Shown in pieces: positions 14,350 through 28,643 of a stretch of DNA of 64,000 nucleotides. Source of the DNA: the human T2T-CHM13v2.0 reference genome, Homo sapiens. The position numbers were made by a program, and so were the translations under genes. The DNA is taken from assembly GCF_009914755.1 (NCBI RefSeq), contig NC_060944.1; one strand, written 5' to 3'. A model generated the notes under the pieces. The model ran no database searches. It was not told the origin of the DNA and saw only the letters and a program-made list of their open reading frames with translations. The first letter of the stretch is position 1. Each line of letters begins with the position of its first letter.

Positions 14350-14530
14350 TATAAGTTCAAGTTCTGCATCTACTTCTTAGTTTCCCTTTCCATCCTTCAG
14401 TTGTGTTTGTTTTTTTTTTGAAATCTGTAAAGTAGGAATAATAATAAAGTTACTATTCTTTGTAGGGTTTTGAAGGATTTTCTTGAGATAATGTAAAGTA
14501 CCAGGCATATAATTAGCCTAAATGTAACTC
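14350..14530 (+). mobile_element. MIR SINE fragment
   Basis: ATCTGTAAAGTAGGAATAATAATA...AGGGTTTTGAAGGATT...TGAGATAATGTAAAG core-like sequence. Confidence 0.6.
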
Positions 14531-15384
14531 AACCGTGTTTTTTTATTTTAATATACATGTCACTACCCATCTCTAGTGCAGAGAATCAACAGAATACAAA
14601 TAATTTTGAAGATTCATATAATATTCACACGTTGCAAAATCTTGTTTGTGGAGCCCTCATTGTAGCCTGTATGATTCAAACGATGCCACGTAGTCCTTTA
14701 AACATTTCCAGATATTAAGGAATTTTACACTGTTGTGTCACTTTTTAAATGTCTGCATTTTTCTGTCTCTCTCTCTCTCAATCTCTCTGAATTTGTTTAT
14801 CCAGTGAATAAAATTAGGAAGAAGTGGATGCTGTAAGAATATTTATGTGTTTAAAGGTTGTGGTTGCCCCATTATAGTTACTTACCAGCAGCTTCAGCAC
14901 GCAGTCAGAGACTGTAGAAAAAAGAATCATTCTTTTCTCTGATTTGAGGATGCATCTCCAGAGTGTTTCTGGGGTAATGGATCTAAAATCAAAATTTTAA
15001 ATGCTAGTTTTTAAGTGTGAATTTTTCTTCAGCACTTTTGTTCTCTCCTTATAACCTTTTATTTCATTGAGTTCCAGAGAGCAGACAGCTTAGGTTTCTT
15101 GATTTGGCAGATCAATGAGGAAGGATAACTAAAGAAAGTTTAAAGGTATCTTTTATACCAAAATACCTCACTTCTCTTTCATTGCAGGTGTAGTTAAAAG
15201 CACTAATGCCATACCCTAGTTTTCTCACCTCTATTCTTATTATACTTGCTTTCTATGCTTAAGATGGCAATTAACTTAAATATCTGAGTTCATGTAGTTC
15301 ATCTAGTAGATAAACAGTATCAGTGCTACCTGGATGTATTTTTGCATCACTTATTTGCATGATAGTGTTCAAAAATTTTTGTGA

Positions 15385-16480
15385 ATTTCAACCACAGAAA
15401 AGACATAATAGGGCAATTCTCAAAGGAAAATATAGAAATGACCCAGTACAAGAACAGTAAAATATCTTTCCACCTGTTAATTTGGTAAAGATCAGAATGT
15501 GTGTGTTATGGTTTGAATGTCTATGACCCTCCAAAATTCATATATTGGAACTTGAACCCCAAGGTGATGATATTAAATGGTATGGTCTTTGGGAAGTGAT
15601 TAGGCTGTGAGGGCTTTGCCCTCATAAATGGGATTAATGTGGGTATAAAAGAGGAATCAGAGAGCTGCCTGGCTTTTCCATCTCTTCTGCCATGTGAGGG
15701 CAGTGTCTGTCTCTTTCCCTTTCTGCCATGTGAGGACACAACAAGAAGTCACCATCTTGAAAACAGAGAGCAGCCATCACCAGACACCAAATCTGCCAGT
15801 GCCTTGATCTTGGACTGCTCAACCTCTAAAACTGTGAGAAATAAATTTCATTATTTATAAATTACCCAGTCTGGGTATGTTTTTAATAGCAGCATGGATG
15901 GACAAAGACAGTGTGTAACACTCAGTATCAACAAACTCCAAGGAAATGGGCACCCTGATACTCTATTGTGTAGTGTAAATTCACACAAATTTTGGAAAGC
16001 AATTTGGCAATATATATCAAAATCTTAAAAAAGTTCTAGGCACAAGAACCCTGTTTTAGAAATTAAGTCTATTGGAGTAGTCTGCAGGAAGTTGTGTCTG
16101 TAAATTTGTTTATCACAGTTCTGTTTATACTGGAAGATAACCCTCAAGAAATGTTATATATCTAATAATAGAGGATTACAATTACATGATGAAATTTTGT
16201 ATAGACATCAAAATTATATTATATATATTATATATTATAGAAAAATAAAAATGTTTATGAAATGTGAAGGAAAAAATATCATAGGTTATAAAACAGTTTT
16301 CCTTCAAGCCCATTTCGGTTAAATTTATATATTTATGTTATATTCTGTAAATATTTATATTGAAATGTCCACAGTAACTGTATATAATGGAAGTTGCAGT
16401 AATGCTAACAGGTTTTCCTGACTTATCTATATATTTTTCAATTTGCTACAATAAACATATATTTTTTCTAGATGGATAAA
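15385..16480 (+). mobile_element. Highly diverged L1ME-type 3' region, interrupted by an MST LTR
   Basis: TTTTGGAAAGCAATTTGGCAATATATATCAAAATCTTAAAA is a typical L1ME ORF2-end motif. Confidence 0.6.
15504..15910 (+). mobile_element. MaLR solo LTR (MSTC/MSTD/MLT1A-like)
   Basis: TGTTATGGTTTGAATGT start and GACAAAGACA end; internal AATAAA. 5-bp TSD GTGTG (15499-15503 / 15911-15915). Confidence 0.92.
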
Positions 16481-17893
16481 CAAAGCTGCTTTTTTATTTT
16501 AAACAAAAGAGATCAGTAAGATTATTTTATTTTCCAATCAGATTCTAAGCTCTCTGGGGCAAGATTCAGCTTATGAAGTATCAGATAACAAACATAATAG
16601 ATAAATCTTTGTTTTTCAGCTATGTGGATTATTTTTCTAAAGCAGTCTGGATGAATTTTTTAGGGAAAGATCAACTCTTTAAAAAATTTACATTTTTCTT
16701 TTGTTGAATAAGACCAATAGCATTGATGCTATTATAAAAGATAAATAAAAACCACAGAAAAATAAACTTGGTTGAGCCTGTTGGGAAAACATTTATGGAC
16801 AAACTATATTTTCAAAGAGCTTTGACTAACATCACTTTAAATCTTAAATCTTTCTTGTCCTTCTGGGTGTTCTTTCATGAATGAAAAAAACAGAAAGGCT
16901 TAAAAAAGAAATTCCTGCTCACCATCTCCCTAAAGCACCATCTCCCTTGCTGCTTTCGGTTGACTCTCATCAGTTCCTGAGTTCTAGCTAAAAGGTGCTT
17001 CTTGAATATTTCTCAAATTTTTAATATTCCTGAAATAAGATTATAGGGATGCAAATGATTTTCTCAACAGGTATTACCTAGAAGTCTACTTTCTAAGTAT
17101 AATGTTTGGGTTAGTTGCCTGAGAACAGGATGGTGTTTTCTATGCCCTGGGCATAGAAATTTTATCAATGAGAGAATCTGGCTGATTAGCTTGAGCTTAT
17201 TAATATTGGTGAGCATTTTTAGGTTTGGGGTAGCTTATTTTATGGTTCTTTTGCAAGGAAATTGCAGAATTACATAAATTTTTGTTTATTGTGTCTCTGG
17301 CTCTTCTTGCAGTTGGGACTTCACATCATTGGAAGGTGAATAGAAAAGTATGTCTTAAGAATTTCACCATGTTTTGGAAGAATTGCAGCAAGAAAAAAAG
17401 AACTCCTTTGTTTCCACCCCATTTCTTTTAAGGAAAACCTGGAATATCTGAGGGTGCAAGCTGAGAAAAGTCTGCTTATCTGTTCCCTACTCTGGCAATC
17501 AAAAAGGATCCAAGTCTACTGTTCTCTTCTCCTGGCACTCTTAACTTGCACACATTGCAACCTTTTATGGCAAAGTAATGGTCAAGCTATCCTAACAAGG
17601 ACGAGCCCTTATTAAATAATTCACTGTGGTTGGGAAATGGTGAGGAAGCCATCTTCTTTTGTCTTCTTTTCTCTGAAAATAAAATTTTGTCTAATTTTGT
17701 ATTAAGGACATTTGGGCTTCACTTTATTACATTCTCTACTTTCTTTAATAGCTCGAAGCTCATGACAGTACATGTCTGGTCTTGCAAAACAAGATGAATT
17801 TGTTAAATTAAACTTTTAAAAAAAATCAGTGTAACTGGCCATCTTTCATTATAAAATATTTTTTCTCTCAATTCAAGCCAATTGTGTGGGGTA

Positions 17894-17899
17894 TGTGTG

Positions 17900-17931
<32 letters not shown>
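17894..17931. repeat. (TG)n microsatellite, 15 uninterrupted units
   Basis: Directly visible at 17901-17930. Confidence 0.95.
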
Positions 17932-17932
<1 letters not shown>

Positions 17933-19874
17933 TGCCTTTATGTGCTGCCTGAAAGCCATATGTCCTTCCTCAGGATAGAATTTTTAATTCTAGGTAATAA
18001 ATCTCAAACTTTTGAGAACTAAACTGGAAATGCCACCTCTGACTTATCAATTGTTTCTGGCCTGTGCTTCTACAAAACACACAGCACATATTTTCTAACC
18101 ATAATTGAAACCATTTTAAAATAGTGTTTTTGGAGGAGTGAATCTATGTGAAACTTCTGTAAGCTATTTGTAGGACAGCCGTGAAAATCCTCCATGTTCT
18201 ATGCATTGGATTTTTTTTCCTCCTTACTCACAAGGATCATCTTCAGGTTAATGTCACAGAAATTGGGACAACTTAGTGTTCGAGAAATAGAGAAATAGCT
18301 CAAGGAGCTATTAGATACCAACCCATACCATGTTGTTTTCTGAGGGTGGGAGAAACTAGAAGAAAGTTTGACATTACTCTCATTCCATGAGACAACCTCA
18401 AGAACACAAACCCAAACTATCCAGGTAGGACTTTTAGTTTAGGGAGACCACCAAAAGAAATGGAGCCCATTTCCTCTGGTGATTCAACAAGATTAACAGC
18501 CCCTCCTGAAGTTTTTGTCCAGTGGCCTAGAATCTAAATATGTGCTCATACCCAGTTCTTTGTCTTCAATTCCCGAGTCTTCTGTGTGACTCATTCTGAA
18601 AGTCCAGGTGTGGAAGGGAGAGGCGCATGGAGGAAAAAGCCAGGCTCAGAATTTATATTTGTTTAATGCCACATGTTCCCAAACTATTTCTGGGCTGTTT
18701 CAAAAACTGGTCTGCACAGATATTAATCTCTGTAACCATATGTCTGAAACATTTCATCACTGGGAAACAGCTGAAAGTAGTTGGTGAGGCTCTGTGGGAT
18801 CCATGTTAGGTATTGTAAGTATGGTCAGAAGAAGAGCCTGTATCTGGAGCTTATGGGAAAATAATGAGAAATGCCTGTACCTCCTCTTTCTTATTTTTGA
18901 GGTTGGCTGCATGACTACAGTTGTTAGGCCCAGGTAAGTTTATTCCCAAAGAGTAAGGGTTGGGATGGATGGTATGTGTGGATTATCTCAGGCAGGAGAT
19001 GAGGTCAAATGAAGTTTTCCTGGAATCATCTTGTTAACCAGGTGTATTATTTTTTAACCCAAGTCATCACAACAACAACAACTTTTTTTCATATCATGTT
19101 TTCTCAAAAGTATATTATGCAAATAAAAATCTAAAACAAGAGAAATACACCATACCTAAGATCACCTCTTATTCCATATAAGTAGGACTAGTTTTTAATT
19201 GGCTCTTCCAAATGTTTGATTTATTTTGGGAGGGTGGTCATAAAAATGATACATACATACCTTTAACATTTTCATTTAACATAAGGCATGAAACTATGCA
19301 ATTATTTTCCAATCTTTTGATGTAAGGCCAACCTTTACTTTGAATGGGTGGTAGCTGATTGAAGTTCTACTTTGTGTTTCTTGCAAAAACCACACCAATA
19401 ATATATCTTCTGCAATTTCCAGTTTGGGTTTCTCTGAAGCAAAGCAAGAATTGAAAGCTGTGTGCAAAGGCATCAGAGTGCAGAATCTTCTTGTATTTTG
19501 TACAATATGTATACCACCCCAACTTTAATTGTTTCTGGCATAACTAATTCAAGTTATTTTGACAGTTCAAATTTATTTAGTCTCTACAAAACATTCAATT
19601 GTTCATAGATAAAATGCTCATTTTCTTTTCCTACTCAAATTTCATCAATGTGTGCCATATTTAATTAAACTTAATTACAATAGTATAAACTACTTGGAAA
19701 TAAGCACAATACTTGTGAGATGGATGTAGGGGGCCTCAGGTATTAGAGAGTAGTTGTCTAAATCTCTGCATTCTGAACCTATGGGCATCAGTCAGTGTGT
19801 TACAGAGGATGGGAGGAATTAGTTAACTTCATGAATCCCTAAAGCAAACGTCAATTAAGATGACGTATCCTGTA

Positions 19875-20213
19875 GGATGGACTAAATAATGCTGCAGCAA
19901 GGAATACTTCCCAAATTGTCATGGCTTGCGATAAGTCTTATGTTTTTCTCATGTTTTATGTCCATTATGGATCTTGCCCTGGTACCCAGCCTGATGCAGC
20001 AGCTGCTCTCTGGATCATGCCTCATCGCTGTGGCAGAGCTTATTGCAAATGAGTGACTCTACCTGGGAGTGACACATAACTCCACTCACAATTCATTGTC
20101 CAAAATAAGTCAATGACCACACCTAACTTCAGTGGGACAAAGAAACACTATCCTACTCTGTGCTTAGAAGGAAGAAAGATGAAAATATTTGGTGATGGCT
20201 CTATGACTACCAT
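19875..20213 (-). mobile_element. MaLR LTR, MLT1I-like
   Basis: Reverse complement begins TGGTAGTCATAGAGCCATCACCAAATATTTTC and contains GAAGTTAGGTGTGGTCATTGACTT. Confidence 0.7.
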
Positions 20214-20239
20214 GGATAGCTTTTATTTTAATATTGTAC

Positions 20240-20476
20240 ATTAATAGCGCTCTCTTTCAGTATACTTACAATCAGTATGCTAAGTGATTGCTTTATAGTA
20301 TAACCTCAGTGAATGCCTTAAGACAACCTTGCCAAGTTGGTACTATCATGCCTATTCTACAGATGTGGAAATGAAACACACAGAAGATAAATACTTGCCA
20401 AAGATGGATCAGCACTAATCACAACTTGAGCTCAGTAGTTTGATGCCAGGGTGGACGTTCTGAGCACCTATGCTTT
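20240..20476 (-). mobile_element. MIR SINE
   Basis: GGTACTATCATGCCTATTCTACAGATGTGGAAATGAA antisense MIR core. Confidence 0.7.
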
Positions 20477-20694
20477 AGCTTCCTCTCATAAGGGAGGAGA
20501 ATGACAGCTGGACCCCAGTAGACACGTATTTGAGTTGATGATAAAGTCAGCTACAATGCTGGGCTCAGCTTTGTCACAAACCATCCCAGGATTTTCTCTG
20601 TAAGATGGGGCTAGCATTACTTTGCTCTACTATTTGCCCCACAGATAATTTAAGAGTCATTTTCTCTATGCCATACCAGCCTTAAATCCAAGAC

Positions 20695-20981
20695 CTGCAC
20701 TGTCCAGTACAGCAGACACAAGCCCCATGTGACCACTGAGCACTTGAAATATGGCTACTTTGAATTGAGGTATGTTATAAAATATACTCAGGATTTCAAA
20801 GAATTAATATGCAAAAGCAGTATATCTCACTAGTAATTTTTCGTATTGCTTATATGAATGACAAGTGTACATATATTGGATTAAGTAAAATGTATTATTA
20901 ATATTAACTTTAGCTGTTTTTAAAAAAAATTTTGAATGTGTATAAATATTTCAAAATTACATATGTAACACATCATATTTC
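20695..20981 (-). mobile_element. MER33 (hAT-Charlie)
   Basis: CTGCACTGTCCAGTAC...CCATGTGACCACTGAGCACTTGAAATATGGCTA...AAAATTACATATGT. Confidence 0.85.
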
Positions 20982-20983
20982 TT

Positions 20984-21266
20984 CTTTTTTTCTTGAGACA
21001 GAGTCTCGCTCTGTTGCCCAGGCTGGAGTGCAGTGGCACAGTCTCGGCTAACTGCAACCTCCACCTCTCTGGTTCAAGCAATTCCCTGCCTCAGCCTCCC
21101 GAGTAGCTGGGATTACATCCACATGCCTCCACACCCAGCTAATTTTTTTATATTTTTAGTTTCACCATGTTGGCCAGACTGGCCTCGAACTCCTGATCTC
21201 AGGCAATCCGTCTGCCTCGGCCTCCCAAAGTGCTGGGATTACAGGCATGAGCCACCGTGCCCAGCC
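20984..21266 (-). mobile_element. AluS SINE sitting at the poly(A) end of L1PB1
   Basis: Antisense Alu dimer ending GTGCCCAGCC, with a small deletion in the AGTAGAGACGGGG segment. Confidence 0.93.
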
Positions 21267-24200
21267 TTAATTTTTCACTTCAATAGTTTTTTGGGAAAAG
21301 GTGGTTTTTGGTTACATAAATAAGTTATTTAGTGGTAATTCTGAGATTCTGGTGCACCCATCATCTGAGCAGTGTATACTGTACCCAGTGTGTAGTCTTT
21401 TATTCCTCGCCCTCCTCCCATCCTTCCCACTGAGTTGCCAAAATCCATTATATCATTCTTATGTCTTTTCATCCTCATAACTTAGCTTCCATTTAAAAGT
21501 GAGATCATATGGTATTTGGTTTTCCATTTCTGAGTTACTTCACTTAAAATAATGGTCTCCAATTCCATCCAGGTCACTGCAAATGTCATTATTTCAATCT
21601 TTTTTATGGCTGAGTAATATTCCACAGTGTATATATACCACATTTTCTTCATCTAGTTGTTGATTGATGGGCATTTAGGCTGGTTCTACTTTTTTTTTTT
21701 TTTTGCAGTTGAGAATTGTGCTGCTATATACTGCATGCACAAGTGTCTTTTTCATATAATGACTTATTTTCCTATGGGTAGATACCCAATAGTGGGATTA
21801 CTGGATCAAATAGTAGTTCTACTTTTAGCTGTTTAAGGAATCTCCATACTGTTTTTCATAGTGGTTGTACTGGTTTACATTTCCACCAGCAGTTTAAAAG
21901 TGTTCCCTTTTCACCACATCCATGCCAACATCTATTTTTTTTTAATTTTAAAATTATGTCCATTCTTGCAGGAGTAAAGTGGTGTCTCATTGTGGTTTCA
22001 GTTTGTGTTTTACTGATAATTAGTGATGTTGAGCATTTTTTCATATGTTCCATGGCCACTTGTATATCTGCTTTTGAGAATTGTCTATTCATGTGCTTTG
22101 CCCACTTTTTGATGGTATTGTTTGTTTTTTCTTGCTGATTTGTTTGACTTCTCTGTAGATTCTGGATATTAGTCTTCTGTCAGATTTATAGATTGTGAAG
22201 ATTCTCTCCCACTCTGTGCATTGTCTGTTAACTTTGTTGATTATTTCTTTTGCTGTGCAAGAGCTTTTTAGTTTAATTAAGTCCATTCTATTTGTCTTTG
22301 CTTTTGTGGCATTTGCTTTTGGGTTCTTGGACATGAAGTCTTTGCCTAAGCCAGTGTCTAGAAGGGTTTTTCCAATGTTATCTTCTAGAATTTTTATGGA
22401 TTCAGGTATTAGATTTAAGTCTTTGGTCCATCTTAAGTTGAGTTGATTTTTGTATAAGGTGAGAGATGAACATTAAGTTTCATTATTCCACAGGTGGCTA
22501 GCCAACTATCCCAGCACCATTTGTTGAATAGGTTGTCCTTTCCCCACTTTATGTTTTTGTTTGCATTGCCAAAGATCAGTTCACTGTAAGTATTACTATT
22601 TGGCTTTATTTCTCAGTTCTTTATTCTGTTCCATTGTTCTATGTGCCTCTTTTTATACCAGTACCATGCTGTTTTGGTAACTACAGCCTTGTAGTATAGT
22701 TTGAAGTTGGGTAATGTGATGCCTCCAGATTTGTTCATTTGCTTAGTATTGCTTTGGCTATGTGGGCTCTTTTTTGTTGCATATGAATTTCAGGATTGTT
22801 TTTTCTAGGCCTGTGAAGAATGATGATGGTAGATGGGAATTGCATTTAATTCATAGATTGCTTTTGGCAGTATAATTATTTTCCCAATATTGATTCTACC
22901 TGTTCATGAGCATGGTATGTGTTTCCATTTGCTTGTGTTGTCTATGATTACTTTCAGCAGTGTTTTGTAGTTTTCCTTGTATAGATTTTTCGCCTCCTTG
23001 GTTAGGTGTATTTCTAAGTATTTGATATTTTTGCAGCTGTTATAAAAGGGATTGAGTTCTTGATTTGTTTCTCACCTTGGTGGTTGTTGGTGCACAGTAG
23101 TGCTACTGATTTGTGTACATTGATTTTGTATCCTGAAACTTTACTGAATTCATTTATCAGATCTAGGAGCTTTATGGATGAGTCTTTAGGGCTTTCTAGG
23201 TATATAACCATATTATTGATGAACAGTGATGGTTTGTCTTCCTCTTTACCAGATTGGATGCCCTTTATTTCTTTCTCTTGTCTGATTGATCTGGCTAGGA
23301 CTTCCCATACTGCATAAGCGGTGAAAGTGGGTATCCTTGTCTTGTTCCATTTCTTAGGGAGAATGCTTTCAACTTTTCCCCATTTAGTATAATGCTGGCT
23401 GTGGGTTTGTCATAGATGGCTTTTGAGGTATGTCCTTTCTACGCCAATTTTTTGGAGGGTTTTATTCATAAAGAGATGTTGAATTTTGTCCAGTGTTTTT
23501 TCGGCATCTATTGAGATGATCATCTGATTTTTGTTTTTAATTCTGTTTATGTGATATATCATATTTACTGACTTGTGTATGTTAAATTATTCCTGCAGCC
23601 CTCATAAAACACCTACCTGATCGTGGTGTTTTATCTTTTTGGTATGCTCTTGGATTTGGCTAGCTAGTATTTTGTTGAGGATTTTTGCATCTATGTTCAT
23701 CAGGGATATTGGCCTGTAACTTTCTTTTGTTGTTATGTCCTTTCCTGGTTTTGGTATTAGGTGACACTTACTTCATAGAATGATTCAGGGATGATTCTCT
23801 TTTTCTCTATCTTTTGGAATAATTTCAGTAAGATAGGTGCCAATTCTTCTTTGAATGTCTGATAGAATTCAGCTGTGAATCCATCTGGTCCTGGACCTTT
23901 TTTTTGGTTGGCAATTTTATAATTATTATTTCAACCTCAATACTTGTTATTGGTCAGTTCACAGTTTTTATTTCTTCTTGATTTAAGCTAGGAGGGTTTT
24001 ATATTTCCAGGAATTTATCCAACTTCTCTTGGTTTTCTAGTTTGTGTGCATAAAGGTATTCACAGTAGCCTTGAATGATCTTTTGTATTTCTATGGTATC
24101 GGTTCTAACATCTCCAGTTTCATTTTTAATTGAGCTTATTTGGATCTTCTCTCTTCTTTTATTGATTAATCTCACTAATGGTCAATCAACTTTATTTATC

Positions 24201-24338
24201 TTTTCAAAGAACCAGCTTTTTGTTTCATTTTTTTTTGTATATTTTTTGTTTCAATTTTATTTAGTTCTGCTCTGATCTTTGTTATTTCTTTTCTTCTGCT
24301 GGGTTTGGGTTTGGTTTGTTCTTGTTTCTCTGGTTCCT
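21267..24338 (-). mobile_element. 5'-truncated L1PB1 (~3.1 kb: 3'UTR plus the RT and C-terminal part of ORF2, disrupted)
   Basis: L1PB1-type 3'UTR (TTCAATAGTTTTTTGGGAAAAGGTGGTTTTTGGTTACAT). ORF fragments [11 protein letters not shown]..., [12 protein letters not shown]...[14 protein letters not shown]. Confidence 0.92.
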
Positions 24339-24961
24339 TTTCAGTAGTTAGGGGTTAAATTAAACTCAGAAATCAGTCTATGCATACCCTGACCTCAGAG
24401 ATGATGCTGTTCCACCACACCTTTGCTGGGCTTGCATTCTACTTTGGAATTCCACATCTTGAGAATTATCTCTTTAATGGCAAAAGTGCCAATAAGCCTT
24501 TCCCAATTTTCTCCATTGTGAAAGTAACATCTCTTATATCATAATGTATATAATATCCATGTCAATGTATTTTGGGTGTAAAGGGTGAAAGTTAGGAAGT
24601 ATCCAGTTGGAATTCTGTGTAAAGTGCACTGAATCTGGGGAGGCAGAGAATGCTCTACTTACAATAGCTTTCTCCTCCCCCAAACTATTTGCCTTCCGTT
24701 TAATTCCTCAGCACCTTCTCTCTTTATCCCAGGCTTTTGCTCGAATCTGCCATCTTTTCAATTAGGTAAAGAAATCTGGACAAATATTTCCAATCCGTCA
24801 GTTCCGGACCCTCTGGATGGTCAGTCAGGGAGTTGACTACAATGATCTAGTTGCCCAGGGGCCTGCTCTGCCCTTCTTGTCTTCACGGCTGCAAATGAAG
24901 TGCCCCTGTGGGCCCCTAGCATGTGACAAAAGGACCTCATCTTTACCTTGGTGACACATTG

Positions 24962-24971
24962 CCTTATAAGG
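24962..24971. promoter_or_regulatory. Perfect palindromic CArG box (candidate SRF site)
   Basis: CCTTATAAGG matches CC(A/T)6GG and lies in non-repeat DNA. Motif match only. Confidence 0.3.
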
Positions 24972-27900
24972 ATGTCTAGGGTCTCCATTTGCTGACAGCC
25001 TACACAGTGGGGGAAAATTGCTTTTCAGAACATGACTGGCCCCTACAAAACCAAATGGCAACTCTGGCCCTTGTTTGGGTTTTGTGTTTTGAGCTGCATG
25101 TTGGATTAGCCAGCTGCTTCTTCAACTCTGCTCCCTCTGTCCGTCTTTTGGATAAATCTGTTAGTCCTTCAGACCACACAAGTGAAAAGGGTACTTGCAA
25201 ATAACTCCCCTGCCCTCTGACTTCACTTTAACAGCCCTCCAAGGAGATAAGGTCGCAAGTTCACTGATGGCAGGAAAGGCTCGCTGCAGGCCTGAGCGAT
25301 CTCACACATTTACTGTGCCATTCCCAATTCATAAAGAAGCCACAGTGCCTTAAGAGCCCAACGACTTTTCCATGTGTTTGGTATTTTTAGTTCTAAGCAC
25401 TGTCTTCAGTGCGTCTCCAACATGTGTTTGAGAATGACCCAGTGGTCCCATATTAAGATAATTATTTTAACTGCTGTTTTGAAACACCATAGCAGTGTAC
25501 CAAGAAACTTCCTACCCAGCAACCTGCACAGTTGGTTAAGCAAAAATTGATCCCTAGTTAATCAAATGAATCTAATAAGTTGTAGATAAATACATGATTT
25601 CATCACCTACAGTATGAGCACCCAAAGGGAAATAAGTGACCTCACTAAAGGTGTTGATTCTTCCCATAATAAATGGTGCAGCCATATGCGTGTGCTCAGC
25701 AACCCATGATCTCACAAGGCATGCTGCTATAATAAACTGAAACAATATGAGTATGCAGGAGGGAAAATGCTACCCATAGCGAGCATGACTACCTGGAATA
25801 TGTCTTAACAGACTAAAACATAAATTAGCCTCTATAAATCTCATTGCTTGTTGCTTCACTGACATACATGTCCTGCCAAAATATTACATTCTTGAAAGAG
25901 CTGTATAAGTAGATTAAATGGTTTTTGTCCTTGGGAATGTGGAAACCTTTATTTGTTTTGTTAAGAGACTTTTAAATATCCTTAGGTTATGCCTCAAACA
26001 GATGTCCAGGGTAAATGCTCCTGACCCATTTAAACATTTCTTAGCTTGAATTAAGGTCCAGTTTCTGCAGCTTGTGTATAGTTCGACTCACTGGGCAGCA
26101 CCTGACAAAACTGTGAGGCTGGTAATGCTAGGCTTGATGGCTCTATGGTGTGACTTTTAATGGCAGGACTGAGGAAACTAAGATAAATTAAAACCTAATT
26201 GGGTATGTTAACAGTTTTAGCAGTCTTCACATATGGATCCCATGAGGACACTTTAAAAGATGTTACAGTTTAGCTCCTGTTGCAAGGCTTAGCTGCAGAA
26301 TGAGACCTGAACAGTTGTCTTTCCAATCCATTTCACAGGGTTGAGTTTCTTTTGATATTAGACGTTGTATTTACTGAGTAAAAAGTCACATTTGCTCTTC
26401 ATCCCCAACTGGTTCAGTATATAATGAGGGGGCTTAGGATGTAAATGTCCCAATATGAAAGCCATAGAACATTCATCAGAAGGGGGGATTCCTATGGTGA
26501 TGGCTCCATGCTAGAAAGTGCTCTTCAGGCAGAGATTTCAAGGAGTCTCAGTTGCCTTAAAGTAAGGGCCTCCATTGCTCACTTGCAGTCAGAGTGGCTC
26601 TAATCTGCAGACTCTGTTCTGTAACTTGAGCTCACATCGCAAAGAAAAACACTCTCTGTGTGCCTCACAATGAAACCAAAATTAATGCTATTTGAGTATT
26701 CAACCAACTCTAGACCCTATGGTCTTTCTGTCATTGCTAGTGTCCATTCCACTGACTTGGAGTGAGCTGAAGAAGGCAAATGATTTAGCCAAAGCTTTTT
26801 TTCAGGGTCTTCAAAACAGATTCCTTCAAACTTCAAGTAAGAGTTCAGTGTCAACAGAGCACTGATGCCTACGTAAAAGGACTGAGGAAGGATCTGAAGA
26901 GGTCCTTTGTTCTTGCAATTAAGAAAGAGACTGGGAAGTGACTTATTGGTGTGTTTGGTGACATTCCCTAAATGTAGGTTTTCCATGGCTGATAGAATTA
27001 ACTCACAAATCTTGTTTCTTATAAAAGACTCCTTGAGGGTGGCTGATGCAGAGTTTCACTATTTTTTCTATCTATGAATTAAAAGCTCTCTGAGTTTCTC
27101 CTCTGATTTACCTGAAGAACGTGAGGACTATAGAAGTGAAATGATGTCTTAACCAGCTTGAATTCACTTAGGGCTCTGTAAGTAGCAGAGCAATAATAAT
27201 GTCCACTAATAGAGATTCCAAAAGTTCTTTTAGAAAGTACCAACTAAGGGCAAATTTATACAATTGACTTGAGTTAGCTGGAGATGTCTAATATTGTGAA
27301 TAATATTCTTATAACCATTTTGCATTACCAAGTTTTTTGGCAAAATTGAAATTCCCTAGTTGGGTAGTGGGTATAAGGTTTTTCAGAACTGCTATATATT
27401 TGATTTTTAGAGTCAACTTTCACATTTGTCTCAAGAGATGAGAAAATATTAGATTAAACTAATGAAAGCGTTTTTATTTCAAATATGAATATTTTGCATA
27501 GATTTATTGCACATCATTGCATCAAATATTAACTTAGACATTGATGAAAAATACCCCTTCCTTCCTCCTTCCTAATACATCCTTAAACAGTGTGCATTAA
27601 AACGTGAAAGGAAATAGAGTATGCAAGTACATGCATGTGTGTACTTCGCACACTGTTATCTATTTTAGGCTCAAATAGATGTATCTATGGTTGAGAAATT
27701 CCCATTAAATATTGGGGCGAGGTTCAGATGCTGTAGATATTTGTTTACATTTTATCAAATGCTTTCTTACATGTGAACCCCTCAATCTCTGAGAAATCAC
27801 CTAAGGGAAGCCATGGGTCTGCCTCCTCCAGGTTTCATTATTGCATGGAATGTGAGGGGATTTCTGTCTTAATTAATGTATAAGCCAGCTCTTCTGAGTT

Positions 27901-28569
27901 TGGGTGGATATCCTTGAGGAGAAAGGTAGCTAAAATTAGCAGCCTCTACTCTCTTCTGTGTTCCTTATAAAAAAAAAGAGAAACTGTCTCATCTTTAAGA
28001 ATGGACCAGTTATGAACTTCCAACCTTTCCATTAATGCTTTGAAGCAATGATGGTGCTGGCTGATGTGCTTAAGTAGGACCATTAAATTTGGGAAATAAT
28101 GAGAGGAAATAAACAGAAAGAGTAACTTGAAACTGGACGATCCTGGCTTAGAAGATATGACTTGTTCTTAGGTTTATTTACCTTTTCTAGGATTTTGGGA
28201 AAAGAGAAGGGCCTTGCAGAGCCCCTCTTATTAATAACCCCTGCCCAACCCCCCTACTTTTCCAGATCCTTTCCCTTTCTAAGGAGAGGTCCTGCAGGAC
28301 GCCTACCAGAGCCATGCATCAGACAGCGGCTTCTGCCCAGTCACGGCTGGGTGGGTGTGGCCAGCTTATGAGAAAGTTCACGTAAGAGGTTGATTTAATC
28401 TCTCCAGTTTTAAAATGTGGAATGGTATGGTCTGAATGGCTTTGAATTAGAATAAGGTCTAAACTGATTTGAGAGCAAGGCCTGGATTTGAAAGGGAGAG
28501 TGATGAAATCAAAGAATGTCAGAGCCAAGTAATGTTAGAGATTTAACAAGAACTGCATGTATTCCCTGT

Positions 28570-28643
28570 TATGTGCATGTAGGTATGAGTGTATGTGTGT
28601 TATGAGTGTGTATGTGTCTATATGTATGTGTGTGTTTGTGTCT
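28570..28643. repeat. Degenerate TG/TATG-rich simple repeat
   Basis: Directly visible. Confidence 0.8.
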
